Assembly: GCA_963834225.1 (NCBI GenBank)
Contig: CAWIAT010000009.1
Coordinates: forward strand, 450,992-474,991
DNA: 24,000 nucleotides
Direction: 5' to 3'
Source of the DNA: an uncultured Actinomycetota bacterium
Lineage (GTDB): Bacteria; Actinomycetota; Actinomycetes; Actinomycetales; Dermatophilaceae
The notes below the pieces were generated by a model. The model was not told where the DNA came from, did not search any database, and saw only the letters and a program-made list of their open reading frames with translations. The first letter of the stretch is position 1. Each line of letters begins with the position of its first letter. The translations under genes and the position numbers were made by a program. Positions 1-9,954 of the stretch are shown here, in pieces.

Positions 1-158
1 CGGGTGGCGACCCGCAGCGGGTCGACCTCGGCCAGACCGTCGCTGACCCGGTCGACGGCCCGGACGATCTTGTTGACGTCGACGGGCTCGGCGTCGCCGT
101 TGCGCTTGCGGACCTGCATCGTGCGGGTGGGGGCCGGGGCCTGCGTGATGGTCGTCAT
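1..158 (-). CDS. Ribonucleoside-diphosphate reductase alpha subunit, N-terminal fragment (ATP-cone); gene continues off the left edge
   Basis: The reverse strand reads GAGGAGAGAGC-ATG, then MTTITQAPAPTRTMQVRKRNGDAEPVDVNKIVRAVDRVSDGLAEVDPLRVATR. The VRKRNG..EP.D..KI motif is the ATP-cone start. The following ..DGL.EVDP..V resembles the E. coli NrdA N-terminus (LDKIHRVLDWAAEGLHNVS). It is preceded by a cobalamin riboswitch, as in Streptomyces nrdAB. The class assignment (Ia versus II) is uncertain from 52 aa. Confidence 0.6.
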   Translation of the reverse strand, partial: MTTITQAPAPTRTMQVRKRNGDAEPVDVNKIVRAVDRVSDGLAEVDPLRVAT

Positions 159-307
159 GCTCTCTCCTCGCGAGCTGGAACTGCTCCGCGGGCGCACGAG
201 GGGTGACGAGGACGGCAGGAGGGCGGCGGAGACCGCCACCCGAGGACCCACCAGCTCCCGTCGGCCGTCCCGCGCGACCGTGGAGATGCCGCACCCGGGC
301 GGGCGCG

Positions 308-482
308 GCGCGACTGGCAGGTCTTCGGACTCGTGGGCGTGGCTCGCGCCTCCTACTGCCCGTCGCTTCCCAGGCCCGAAGGCCCAGTGCTCTCGTGACG
401 GGGGTCGTTCCCACTCACCGCTGCGGGGCAGTCCCGGACTCTCACCGGGTTCCCTCTTGCCCCACCACCCGCCCTGACGGCC
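308..482 (-). ncRNA. Cobalamin (AdoCbl/B12) riboswitch in the 5' leader of the nrd gene
   Basis: The reverse complement reads GGTGGGGCAAGAGGGAACCCGGTGAGAGTCCGGGACTGCCCCGCAGCGGTGAG...AGCACTGGGCCTTCGGGCCTGGGAAGCGACGGG...GAGTCCGAAGACCTGCCAGTC. This matches the conserved cobalamin-riboswitch core (AGGGAA..GGTGnnAnTCC..GCTGcCCCGCA, GCCACTG-like, GGGAAG) and the B12 box (AGyCnGgAGACCTGCC). About 150 nt of expression platform follows before the GAGGAG SD. Confidence 0.85.
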
Positions 483-505
483 GGGAGGTGGACCAGCTGC
501 GTGAC

Positions 506-553
506 CCACCATATGTGGGGGTCAGGACCCGGCGCGGGACCCACATGGTGTGG
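506..553 (-). promoter_or_regulatory. Two candidate NrdR boxes (CCAC-N5-GTGG palindromes) in the nrd promoter region
   Basis: The plus strand has CCACCATATGTGG (506-518) and CCACATGGTGTGG (541-553). Aligned to the published NrdR-box consensus acaCwAtATaTwGtgt, they match at about 10/16 and 9/16 positions. One alignment gives a centre-to-centre spacing of 32 bp, which is the typical tandem spacing. They lie between the hisD stop (567) and the riboswitch. Confidence 0.4.
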
Positions 554-566
554 CGTGTCGGCGCGG

Positions 567-1916
567 TCAGGCGCTCGGCTCGACCTCGGGGTGGCGGGCG
601 AGGACGGCCTCGCCGTGCGCGGGGAGGTCCTCGGCCCGCGCGAGGGTGACGACGTGAGCCCCCACGTCGCGCAGCGCCTCCGACGAGTAGGTGACGACGT
701 GGATCCCGCGCAGGAACGACTGCACCGACAGGCCGCTGCTGTGGCAGGCGCACCCTCCGGTGGGCAGGACGTGGTTGGAGCCGGCGCAGTAGTCGCCGAG
801 GCTCACGGGCGACCACGGCCCGACGAACACGGCGCCGGCGTTGCGCACCCGCGCGGCGACCGCCTCGGCGTCGCGCGTCTGGATCTCGAGGTGCTCGGCG
901 GCGTAGGCGTTGACGAGCGCGAGGCCGGCCTCGAGGTCGTCGACGAGGACGACGGCGGACTGCCGTCCCGCGAGGGCGGTCGCCACCCGCTGCGTGTGCT
1001 TGGTGGCGGCGACGCGTCGCACGAGCGCCTCCTCGACGGCCTCGGCCAGCGCGGGGCTGTCGGTGACGAGGACCGCGGCGGCGAGGGGGTCGTGCTCGGC
1101 CTGCGAGACGAGGTCGGAGGCGACGTGCTCGGCATCGGCGGAGTCGTCGGCGAGGACGGCGATCTCGGTGGGACCGGCCTCGGCGTCGATGCCGATGACG
1201 CCCTTGAGCATCCGCTTGGCCGCCGCGACGTAGATGTTGCCGGGGCCGGTGACGAGGCTGACGGGGTCGCAGGCGTCGTCGCCGTCGTCGACGCCGAGGG
1301 CGAAGGCGGCGACCGCCTGGGCACCACCCATCGCCCACACCTCGTCGACCCCGAGGAGGGCGCACGCGGCGAGGATCGTCGGGTGCGGCCAGCCACCGTG
1401 GTCGCGCTGGGGCGGGCTCGCGACGGCGAGGCTCGGGACCCCGGCGAGCTGGGCCGGGACGACGTTCATGACGACGCTGCTCGGGTACACCGCCAGGCCA
1501 CCGGGCACGTAGAGGCCGACCCGGTCGACGGGCACCCAGCGCTCGGTGACGGTCCCGCCGTCGACGACGCGGGTCGTGGCGTCGGTGCGGCGCTGGTCGG
1601 CGTGGACGATCCGGGCCCGCCGGATCGACTCCTCGAGGGCGGCGCGCACGGCGGGGTCGAGGGCCGTGAGGGCGTCCTCGATGACCTCGGCCGGCACCCG
1701 CAGCCGCGGGGGGCGGATGCCGTCGAAGCGCTCGGCCGCGTCGTAGAGCGCCGCGGCCCCGCGGTCGCGGACGTCCTCGACGATGGGGCGCACGGTGCCG
1801 AGCGCCGCCTCGACGTCGAACTCGGCCCGCGGGAGGACAGCCCGCAGCTCGCGCAGCCCGAGGGTGCGCCCGCGCAGGTCGAGCCGCGGGATGACGCCGG
1901 TCGTCGTGTCGGACAT
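567..1916 (-). CDS. hisD: Histidinol dehydrogenase
   Basis: The 449-aa ORF shows full-length HisD-like sequence, including [29 protein letters not shown] and SQAEHDP motifs. Confidence 0.95.
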   Translation of the reverse strand: MSDTTTGVIPRLDLRGRTLGLRELRAVLPRAEFDVEAALGTVRPIVEDVRDRGAAALYDAAERFDGIRPPRLRVPAEVIEDALTALDPAVRAALEESIRRARIVHADQRRTDATTRVVDGGTVTERWVPVDRVGLYVPGGLAVYPSSVVMNVVPAQLAGVPSLAVASPPQRDHGGWPHPTILAACALLGVDEVWAMGGAQAVAAFALGVDDGDDACDPVSLVTGPGNIYVAAAKRMLKGVIGIDAEAGPTEIAVLADDSADAEHVASDLVSQAEHDPLAAAVLVTDSPALAEAVEEALVRRVAATKHTQRVATALAGRQSAVVLVDDLEAGLALVNAYAAEHLEIQTRDAEAVAARVRNAGAVFVGPWSPVSLGDYCAGSNHVLPTGGCACHSSGLSVQSFLRGIHVVTYSSEALRDVGAHVVTLARAEDLPAHGEAVLARHPEVEPSA

Positions 1917-1937
1917 GGCGACCAGTCTAGGGAGGGC

Positions 1938-4934
1938 TCAGGTGCCGTAGAACGCGGCCTCGTGTGCCGCCCGGGAGTGGCGCGCCACCCGTCGGTACCG
2001 CTCCCCCAGCTCGTGGCCCGATCCTCCGGGCAGGCCGAGGATGCGGGCGATGCCGTCGGCGTCGCGCGGGTCGCTCGGCACGGCCTCGAGCGACTTGGCG
2101 CGAAAGAGCACCCCGGCGTTGCGCATCGACGACGCGAGCCGCCACGCCGCCGACAGGTCGACGGCGACCTGGGGGTCGACGAGGCCGAGGTGCTCGGCGG
2201 CCCGCAGCGCCCCCATCGTCGAGGTGGTCCGCAGCTCGGGGTGCTCGTGGGCGTGGCGCAGCTGGACGAGCTGGACGACCCACTCGACATCGGACAGGCC
2301 GCCGTGGCCGAGCTTGAAGTGCGTCTTGCGGTCGGCGCCGCGCGGGAGGCGCTCGGCCTCCATCCGGGCCTTGAGGGTGCGGATCTCGCGGACCTGGTCG
2401 GCGGTCAGGCCTCCCTCGGGCCAGCGGAGCGGGGCGATGAGCCCGAGGAAGCGCCGGCCCAGCTCCTCGTCGCCGGCGACCGGGGTGGCGCGCAGCAGGG
2501 CCTGCGCCTCCCACACGAGCGACCAGCGCCCGTAGTACTCGCGGTACGAGGCGAGGGACCGGACGAGCGGGCCGCTCTTGCCCTCGGGGCGCAGGGACGC
2601 GTCGACGTCGAGGTTGGGGTCGGGACCGCGCAGCCCGAGCAGCCGGATCAGCTCCCTGACGACCTCCATCGCCTGGGCCTGCGCCTCGTTCTCGTCGGCG
2701 CCGGGGACGGGGTCGTGGACGAGGATGACGTCGGCATCGGACCCGTACCCCTGTTCGGCTCCACCGAGGCGCCCCATCCCCACGATGAGCAGGCGCGTGA
2801 GCGCCGGTGCGCCGGAACGTTGTTCGGCGTCGTGCAGGCACACCTCGAGGGTCACCTCGAGCAGGGCGGACGTGAGGTCGGTCATGGCCGCGCCCAGGGC
2901 GTCGAGGGTCAGCGCCCCCGAGAGGTCGGCCACCGCGATCCGGAACAGCTCGGACCGGCGCACCGTCCGGGCGGCCAGCACGGCTGCCTCACGGTCGTCC
3001 TTGCGTCCGGCCGCCGAGCGCATCCGGCGCAGCACGTCGTCCCGCGAACGCGGCGTGAGGCCGGCCGAGTCGCCGAGGAACTGGACGCACTCCGGGGCCT
3101 GCTCGAGGAGGTCGGCGGCGAACCGGCTGCGAGCCAGGGTGTGCGCGAGCCGCTCGGCGGCCGAGCCCTCGTCGCGCAGCAGACGCAGGTACCAGTGGGT
3201 GGAGCCGAGCTCGTCACTGATCCGTCGGAACGCGAGCAGCCCCGCATCGGGGTCGGCCTCGTCGGCGAACCAGCCGAGCATGACGGGCAGGAGCTGGCGC
3301 TGGATGGCGGCGCGGCGGCTCAGGCCGTCGGTGAGCGCCTCGAGGTGCTTGAGGGCCCCGCGCGGGTCGCGGAAGCCGAGGGCCGACAACCGTTCGCGCG
3401 CGGCCTCGGGGGTCAGCCGGACCTCGGAGTCCGACAGCCGCGCGACGGCGGCGAGGAGGGGCCGGTAGAAGATGCGCTCGTGGAGCCGGCGCACCTCGCG
3501 CTTCTGGGTGCGCCACTGGGCGAGCACCGCCTCCCCCGGGGACGAGCGGTGGCCGAGGGCGCGGCCGAGGCGCCGCAGGTCGGACTCCGCGGTGGGCATC
3601 AGGTGGGTCCGGCGAAGCCGGAACAGCTGGATGCGGTGCTCGAGGGTGCGCAGCAGCCGGTAGGCCGACCCGAGGGTGGCGGCGTCCTCCCGGCCGACGT
3701 AGCCGCCCGCCGAGAGCGCCGCGAGGCCGTCGAGGGTGGTCCCCGTGCGCAGCGACTCGTCGGCGCGGCCGTGGACGAGCTGGAGCAGCTGGACCGAGAA
3801 CTCGACGTCGCGCAGCCCACCGGCCCCCAGCTTGATCTGGCGCTCGGCCTCGGCGGCGGGGATGTGCTGCTCGACGCGTCGGCGCATCGCCTGGACGTCG
3901 TCGACGAAGTTGTCCCGCGTGGAGGCCTGCCACACCATCGGCTGGACGGCGTCGAGGTAGGCGCGTCCCACCTCGGCGTCCCCGGCGACGGGACGCGCCT
4001 TGAGCAGCGCCTGGAACTCCCACGTCTTGGCCCAGCGCTCGTAGTAGGCACGGTGGCTGGCGACCGTGCGCACGAGCGGACCGTTCTTGCCCTCGGGGCG
4101 CAGCGCGGGGTCGACCTGCCACAGCGACCCGGTCGCCGTCGAGGCGGAGCAGATCCGCATGAGGCGGGTCGCGAGGTCGGTCGCCACCGCCGTCGAGTCC
4201 TCCTCCGCGACACCGTCGGCCGGCTCGGCGACGAAGATGACGTCGACGTCGGAGATGTAGTTGAGCTCGCAGCCCCCCGTCTTGCCCATCGCGATGACGG
4301 CCAGGCGCGTGCGCGAGGCGTCCTCCCCGACCTCGGCACGGGCGATGACGAGGGCGGCCTCCAGCGCCGCCTGGGCGAGGTCGGCCAGCGCGCCGGCGGT
4401 CTCGGGCAGCGTCTCGACCGGGTCGGGCGCCGTGAGGTCGAGCGCCGCGATCGACAGGAGCTGCTCGCGGTAGGCGGTGCGCAGCACGTCGACGGCAGGG
4501 GTCTCCCCCGGCTCGCTGACCGCGCCGACGAGGCGCTCGGCCCGCTGCTCGACGGTGAGCCGGGTCGCCTCGGTGACGGCCTGCCAGTGGTGGGGGTGCG
4601 CGCAGAGGTGGTCGCCGAGCGCCGCCGAGTTGCCGAGCACCGCGAGGAAGCGGTCACGGGCCGGGCCGGGGTCGGCGAGGGCGTCGGTGACCGGCCCCCG
4701 CAGCTCGGGACGGCGGGTCGCGACCTCCATGAATCGGACGAGCCCGAGGAGGGCGCCGTCGGGGTCGGACACCGACGCGAGGGCGGCGGCGAGCCCGTGC
4801 TCCTCGATGTGCTCGCGGGAGCGGATGAGGCCGGCCACCGCCGGGTCCTGGAGGAGGGCGTGGGCGCGCGCGGGGTCGTCGAATCCCAGCCGCGCGATGG
4901 CGACGGGGATGGAGCCGGGACCGCGGGAGCTCAT
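1938..4934 (-). CDS. glnE: Bifunctional glutamine synthetase adenylyltransferase/adenylyl-removing enzyme
   Basis: The 998-aa product starts at MSSRGPGSIPVAIARLGFDD (ATG at 4934) and ends ...AHEAAFYGT. It has two nucleotidyltransferase repeats with GlnE signatures (AMGKTGGCELNYISDVDVIFVA and GMGRLGGAEQGYGSDADVILVH). The start lies 5 nt after the glnA2 stop. The tracked 1478-aa ORF is an out-of-frame read-through over glnA2. Confidence 0.95.
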   Translation of the reverse strand: MSSRGPGSIPVAIARLGFDDPARAHALLQDPAVAGLIRSREHIEEHGLAAALASVSDPDGALLGLVRFMEVATRRPELRGPVTDALADPGPARDRFLAVLGNSAALGDHLCAHPHHWQAVTEATRLTVEQRAERLVGAVSEPGETPAVDVLRTAYREQLLSIAALDLTAPDPVETLPETAGALADLAQAALEAALVIARAEVGEDASRTRLAVIAMGKTGGCELNYISDVDVIFVAEPADGVAEEDSTAVATDLATRLMRICSASTATGSLWQVDPALRPEGKNGPLVRTVASHRAYYERWAKTWEFQALLKARPVAGDAEVGRAYLDAVQPMVWQASTRDNFVDDVQAMRRRVEQHIPAAEAERQIKLGAGGLRDVEFSVQLLQLVHGRADESLRTGTTLDGLAALSAGGYVGREDAATLGSAYRLLRTLEHRIQLFRLRRTHLMPTAESDLRRLGRALGHRSSPGEAVLAQWRTQKREVRRLHERIFYRPLLAAVARLSDSEVRLTPEAARERLSALGFRDPRGALKHLEALTDGLSRRAAIQRQLLPVMLGWFADEADPDAGLLAFRRISDELGSTHWYLRLLRDEGSAAERLAHTLARSRFAADLLEQAPECVQFLGDSAGLTPRSRDDVLRRMRSAAGRKDDREAAVLAARTVRRSELFRIAVADLSGALTLDALGAAMTDLTSALLEVTLEVCLHDAEQRSGAPALTRLLIVGMGRLGGAEQGYGSDADVILVHDPVPGADENEAQAQAMEVVRELIRLLGLRGPDPNLDVDASLRPEGKSGPLVRSLASYREYYGRWSLVWEAQALLRATPVAGDEELGRRFLGLIAPLRWPEGGLTADQVREIRTLKARMEAERLPRGADRKTHFKLGHGGLSDVEWVVQLVQLRHAHEHPELRTTSTMGALRAAEHLGLVDPQVAVDLSAAWRLASSMRNAGVLFRAKSLEAVPSDPRDADGIARILGLPGGSGHELGERYRRVARHSRAAHEAAFYGT

Positions 4935-4939
4935 GCCCG

Positions 4940-6277
4940 TCAGAGTCGGGGCAGGTAGCGCTCGAGCTCGAAGGCCGTCACGGTGTTGCGGTAGTCGTTC
5001 CACTCCGCCCGCTTGTTGCGCAGGAAGAAGTCGAAGGTGTGCTCCCCGAGCGTCTCGGCGACGAGCTCGCTGCTCTCCATCACCGTGATGGCCTCGCTGA
5101 GGCTGGCGGGCAGCGGCTTGATGCCCATGGCCCGGCGCTCGGCGTCGGTGAGGCTCCAGACGTCGTCCTCGGTCTCGGGCGGGAGCTCGTAGCCCTCCTC
5201 GATCCCCTTCATGCCTGCGGCGAGCAGGACGGCGAAGGAGAGGTAGGGGTTGCACGCGGGGTCGATGCTGCGGACCTCGACGCGGCTGCTGTTGCCCTTG
5301 TTCGGCTTGTACATCGGCACCCGGACCAGGGCCGACCGGTTGTTGTGGCCCCACGTGAGGTGGGCGGGGGCCTCGCCGCCGCCCCAGAGCCGCTTGTAGG
5401 AGTTGACCCACTGGTTGGTCACCGCGGTGATCTCGGCCCCGTGGTGGAGCAGGCCCGCGATGAACTGCCGGGCGACCTTGGACAGCTGGTAGGGCGACCC
5501 CGGCTCGTGGAAGGCGTTGGTGTCGCCCTCGAAGAGCGAGAGGTGGGTGTGCATCGCCGACCCGGGGTGCTCGGCGAACGGCTTGGGCATGAAGGAGGCG
5601 AAGATGCCCTGCTCGAGGGCGACCTCCTTGATGACGGCGCGGAAGGTCATGATGTTGTCGGCGGTCGACAGCGCGTCGGCGTAGCGCAGGTCGATCTCGT
5701 TCTGGCCCGGGGCGCCCTCGTGGTGGCTGAACTCGACCGAGATCCCCATCGTCTCGAGCATCGAGATCGCGGCCCGACGGAAGTCGTGGCTGTTGCCGTG
5801 CGGGACGTGGTCGAAGTAGCCGGCCTCGTCGATCGGCTCGGGTCGCTGCCCCGGGACCCAGCCCTGCTTGAGGAGGAAGAACTCGATCTCGGGGTGGGTG
5901 TAGAAGGTGAAGCCCTGGTCGGCGGCCTTGGTCAGGGCCCGCTGGAGGACGTGCCGCGGGTCGGCCATGCTCGGCGTGCCGTCGGGCATCGTGAGGTCGC
6001 AGAACATCCGGGCCGTGCCGGGGCTCTCGCCGCGCCAGGGCAGGACCTGGAAGGTGCTCGGGTCGGGCTTGGCGAGCATGTCGGCCTCGTAGACCCGCGC
6101 GAAGCCCTCGATGACCGACCCGTCGAAGCCGATGCCCTCGGCGAACGCCCCCTCGAGCTCGGCCGGCGCGATGGCCACCGACTTCAGCGTGCCGAGCACG
6201 TCGGTGAACCAGAGCCGGACGAACCGGATGTCGCGCTCTTCGATGGTGCGGAGGACGAACTCCTGCTGACGGTCCAT
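4940..6277 (-). CDS. glnA2: Glutamine synthetase, type I, GlnA2-like
   Basis: MDRQQEFVLRTIEERDIRFVRLWFTDVLGTLKSVAIAPAELEGAF... is near-identical in pattern to the mycobacterial GlnA2 N-terminus. The ATG at 6277 is preferred over the upstream GTG at 6295. The glnA2-glnE tandem is conserved actinobacterial synteny. Confidence 0.95.
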   Translation of the reverse strand: MDRQQEFVLRTIEERDIRFVRLWFTDVLGTLKSVAIAPAELEGAFAEGIGFDGSVIEGFARVYEADMLAKPDPSTFQVLPWRGESPGTARMFCDLTMPDGTPSMADPRHVLQRALTKAADQGFTFYTHPEIEFFLLKQGWVPGQRPEPIDEAGYFDHVPHGNSHDFRRAAISMLETMGISVEFSHHEGAPGQNEIDLRYADALSTADNIMTFRAVIKEVALEQGIFASFMPKPFAEHPGSAMHTHLSLFEGDTNAFHEPGSPYQLSKVARQFIAGLLHHGAEITAVTNQWVNSYKRLWGGGEAPAHLTWGHNNRSALVRVPMYKPNKGNSSRVEVRSIDPACNPYLSFAVLLAAGMKGIEEGYELPPETEDDVWSLTDAERRAMGIKPLPASLSEAITVMESSELVAETLGEHTFDFFLRNKRAEWNDYRNTVTAFELERYLPRL

Positions 6278-6337
6278 GGTCCGATCCTGCCGCACCGGTG
6301 AGTCCTGCGGGTGACACCGACATGCTCCGGACAGGGC

Positions 6338-6369
6338 GAAGGGCCCCGGGCTGGTGCCCGGGGCCCTTC
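6338..6369 (-). terminator. Perfect 13-bp-stem GC hairpin downstream of the M6 protease gene (candidate intrinsic terminator)
   Basis: GAAGGGCCCCGGG-ctggtg-CCCGGGGCCCTTC lies 23 nt after the protease stop (6392) and upstream of the glnA2 start. There is no U-tract, which is common in high-GC actinobacteria. Confidence 0.6.
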
Positions 6370-6391
6370 GTCACTGCGTGGGGTCAGCCCG

Positions 6392-8831
6392 TCAGGGCGT
6401 GACCGCCCGCGTGTCGATCCGGATGCGCACCGAGGTGCCGCTCTCCTTCAGGACCCGGATCTTCGTGCCGCTGCCCGCGACCGTGACGCCACCCGAGGGC
6501 TGGTCGGTCTTGAAGTAGCGGTTCGGTCTGCTGTCGTCGAACAGCGGTTGGGCGGCCTGGCCACGGATGTAGCTGGCCCTGCCGGTGAACTGGCTGTGCA
6601 GCGTGAACGAGTCGGCCTTCTGCAGACCGAACGTCGCGTCGTACATCTGGATGCGCGGCCGCCACGGGTCGCCGTCCAGCGTGTAGATCGAGCGCGGGTG
6701 TGCGTCGATCGGGAGCACGAGACCCTCACCGGGGTGCTGGCTCGTGTTGTTGTCGCCCTGGGAGGTGTCCCACAGGGAGATGAGCAGGCCGTCCTGGTAC
6801 GGGAAGTGCTCCACGAAGTCCGGCTTGTTGAGGAACCCGAAGTTGTACGGGCCGCTCTTGAGGTACTTGTCGTACGAGACGTACTCGCGGTTGCTCGCGA
6901 TGTAGAACCACGGGTAGTCCGTCGACGAGCTGGCCTCCACGGCCGAGAAGCCGTCGAGCGTCCACCCGTTGGAGCCGGACTCGGCGCCGTCCTCGAACAG
7001 CACCGTGGCACCGTTGGTGATCTTGAGAGCGTCGACGAAGATGCCCGACGGCGCGTCCGGGTTCTGCCCCTGGGCGGCACCGTCGGTCGCGTAGCGCACG
7101 CGCAGCCCGACCGACGTGCCGGCGTAGGCCGACAGGTCGAAGGTGGCGGGAGTCCACGCGGCCTGCTCGCCGTCGATGCCGTTGCCCTCGGCGGGGTTGG
7201 TGATCGACCCGGGCACGGCCTTGAAGCCGGTCCCGTCGTCGACCTCGACGAACGCGTAGTCACACGGGTCGGCCGCGCAGTCCTCGATGTTCCAGCGGGC
7301 CTGGAAGGACAGCGTGGAGGTACCGGCCGGCAGGGTCACCGAACGGGACATCGTCGCGTTGAGGTCGTCGCCGGCACCGGAGTACCACTGCTTGGTGCCC
7401 GCGAACGGGGCACCGAGCTCGGCGGTGACGGTCTTGTCCGGGAGGACGACCACGGCGGCCTGGGCCTTGGCGGAGTTGTACTCGTGCGGGCCGAGGTCGA
7501 GCACGCGGTTCTGGCCGGGGACGACCACCTCGTAGTCGAGCCAGCCGAGCTGGAGCTTGTCCCACGCGGACAGGTCAGCGGCCCGAGAGCCGATGGCGTT
7601 GTCACCCTTGGCCGACACGCGGCTCTGGGCCATCAGGGTCCACCAGTTGACGGGGTTCTCGTTGCGGGCCGAGGGCCCCGAGGTGTCGTAGTGGTCGGGC
7701 AGGCCGAGGTCGTGGCCGTACTCGTGCGCGACCACCGAGACGCCGCCGTTCTCGGGCTGGACGGTGTAGTCCGCCGCCCAGACCGAGCTGGTGCCGATCC
7801 GGGTTCCACCGAGGGCCGGGTACGGAGCGGCCGGGTCGGCCGCCTGGAAGGCACGCCAGCGGTGCGACCAGATGGCGTCCTCACCCTGGTACGGGTCGCC
7901 ATCGGCCTGGTCGCCACCCGCGTGGACGATCTGCAGGTGGTCGATGTAGCCGTCGGCCTCGTTGAAGTTGCCGTCGGCGTCCTTGTCGTAGCGGTCCCAG
8001 ATGTCGTACTGCTTGAGCGTCGCGTCGACCTGGGCGTCGGTCTTGCCGGCGGCCTTCTGCTGGGCGACCCAGGCGTTCATCCCGTCGCGCACGAGGTTCC
8101 AGGTGTTGCTGCACACGTTCGACGCGCAGGGGAAGCCGTCGCTCCGGCCGTACCTCGCCTCGTTGTACTGCACCATGACCGGCGCGGTGGCCATGCCCGC
8201 GACCGAGTAGCGGCCGGAGGACTGGCGCTCGTAGTACTGGCGCATCGACTCACGGCCCGTGACCTTGCCCGTGCCGAAGTACAGGTCCTGGTAGTAGGCC
8301 TGGTCGTAGTCGTCGTCCCAGTCGGTGCTGTTGTCCAGGGCACGGTTGGGCTCGGGGATCTCGTTGAACCGGGGACCGTCGAACCGGGTGGGGCCGGGGA
8401 TGTCCGGGTCGGTGTCCTGGTCGGGGTAGCTCGGGTGCCGCTGGTTCCCGAAGTCGACGACGAGGACGAAGAGCTTGTCGGTGGCCTCGCGCGCCACCTC
8501 GACGTACTGGTCCTTCTTCTTGGCCTTGGTGGCCGCGCGCCTCGAGTTCTTGGCCTTGGCCGCGGTCTCGCTCTCGCCGACCTTGACGACGGTGCTGCCG
8601 CCGCGCCTCTCGGCCTTGGCATCCCCCTTGAGGACGGAGGCGATGGCCTGCTCCCGCAAGCGCCGAGCGCTTGTCGGCGATCGGGTCAGGGAGCGAGTCG
8701 CTCGGCGGCGCCGTTGCCGGCTCCCCCCGGCTCGGTGTCGGTGCTGGTGCGGCGACACCGGGTGCGGCGATGGCCGTCCCGAGTCCCGAGGCGAGGGCTA
8801 CTGCGAGTAGCCCCACGGTTGTTCTGCGCAC
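6392..8831 (-). CDS. Secreted M6-family (immune inhibitor A-like) zinc metalloprotease, interrupted by an apparent 1-nt frameshift near 8651-8662
   Basis: The main frame (6392-8758 ORF) carries the M6 signature VVAHEYGHDLGLPDHYD (HEYGH encoded at 7712-7726). The signal peptide and mature N-terminus (GGAGGA-N4-GTG at 8831; VRRTTVGLLAVALASGLGTAIAAPG...DSLPDPIADKRSAL) are in a different frame (8250-8897 ORF). Homology resumes as (L)REQAIASVLKGDAKAE in the main frame. The total span is 2440 nt = 3x813+1. Confidence 0.85.
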
Positions 8832-9040
8832 GTGGTCCTCCTGCGGTGTGGTGGTGGGACCGTGCCGCACACGAGGTAGACGCGGCGACACTGCCATCCG
8901 GGACGTTAGACCTCATCGGCCCGGTTCGCGCGGCGAGGAGCAGGTTGATTTCCGGTGTCGGCCCGTGCCCGCCGGACATCTGGCGGTGTGCGTGCCCTCT
9001 GGCCGCTCCCGCCCGCAGCCGCGCCTCCTAGGCTGTCCCC

Positions 9041-9922
9041 ATGAGCGAGCCGACGCCGTCGTCCACCACGCCCGCGCCCGAGACCACGGCGCCGTACGGC
9101 ACCGGGGCGCAGGCCGCGCCGCAGCGCCGGGTCCGGATCCCGCACCTGCTGCAGATGAAGGAGCGCGGCGAGCGGTGGGCGATGCTCACGGCCTACGACA
9201 TGTACACGGCCGAGATCTTCGACGGGGCAGGCATCCCCGTCCTCCTCGTCGGCGACAGCGCCGGCAACAACGTCTACGGCTTCGAGACCACGGTCCCGGT
9301 CACGGTCGACCACCTCGTCCCCCTCGTCAAGGCCGTCACGAGCGCGGCCCGCCACGCGATGGTCGTCGCCGACCTGCCGTTCGGCTCCTACCAGGCCAGC
9401 CCGCAGCAGGCGCTCGCCACCGCGACCCGGTTCATGAAGGAGGGGCTGGCCCACGCGGTCAAGCTCGAGGGGGGCAAGCCGATGGTCCCGGAGGTCGAGC
9501 TCCTCGTGCGGGCGGGCATCCCCGTCATGGGCCACATCGGGTTCACGCCGCAGAGCGAGCACGTCCTCGGTGGGTACAAGGTGCAGGGGCGCGGGTCGGG
9601 CGCCGACCGGCTGCTCGAGGACGCCCTCGCCCTCGAGGAGGCCGGCTGCTTCGCGGTCGTCATGGAGATGGTCCCCGCTCCCGCAGCCGCCCGGGTCACC
9701 GAGGCGCTGCGGATCCCGACGATCGGCATCGGGGCGGGCCCCCACTGCGACGCCCAGGTCCTCGTGTGGCAGGACATGGCCGGGCTCCGTGGTGGCCGGG
9801 CCCCCCGGTTCGTCAAGAAGTACGCCGACCTGCGGGGCTCGCTCCACGACGCGGCGGCGGCCTACGCCGCCGACGTCGCCGGCGGGACGTTCCCCGCGGC
9901 CGAGCACTCCTTCGACGCCTGA
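9041..9922 (+). CDS. panB: 3-methyl-2-oxobutanoate hydroxymethyltransferase
   Basis: The 293-aa ORF reads MLTAYD...LLVGDS..N...G...T..VT.D....H...V, ADLPFGSY and VKLEGG, which is typical PanB. The glnA2-protease-panB order echoes mycobacterial synteny. Confidence 0.95.
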   Translation: MSEPTPSSTTPAPETTAPYGTGAQAAPQRRVRIPHLLQMKERGERWAMLTAYDMYTAEIFDGAGIPVLLVGDSAGNNVYGFETTVPVTVDHLVPLVKAVTSAARHAMVVADLPFGSYQASPQQALATATRFMKEGLAHAVKLEGGKPMVPEVELLVRAGIPVMGHIGFTPQSEHVLGGYKVQGRGSGADRLLEDALALEEAGCFAVVMEMVPAPAAARVTEALRIPTIGIGAGPHCDAQVLVWQDMAGLRGGRAPRFVKKYADLRGSLHDAAAAYAADVAGGTFPAAEHSFDA

Positions 9923-9954
9923 AACCACGAGCACCGAGAGGACGTCGAACCGGC

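Noticed and set aside
501-4958. 1485-aa plus-strand ORF
   Set aside because: It is an antisense shadow ORF over hisD and glnE, typical of high-GC DNA. The translation is Gly/Arg/Asp/Val-rich low-complexity with no recognisable domains, while the minus strand encodes clear HisD and GlnE.
1938-6374. 1478-aa minus-strand ORF apparently fusing glnE with upstream sequence
   Set aside because: The first about 480 aa are Arg/Pro-rich junk read out of frame across glnA2. The genuine GlnE begins at MSSRGPGS (ATG 4934), 5 nt after the glnA2 stop.
8640-8680. Programmed +1 ribosomal frameshift in the M6 protease (CTT-G resembles the prfB CUU-U slip)
   Set aside because: There is no in-frame stop or rare codon at the site, no upstream SD-like stimulator, and CUU-to-UUG re-pairing is poor. 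A simple indel or sequencing error is more parsimonious.
6311-9031. 906-aa plus-strand ORF
   Set aside because: It is antisense to the M6 protease, with low-complexity Gly/Val/Arg composition and no motifs.
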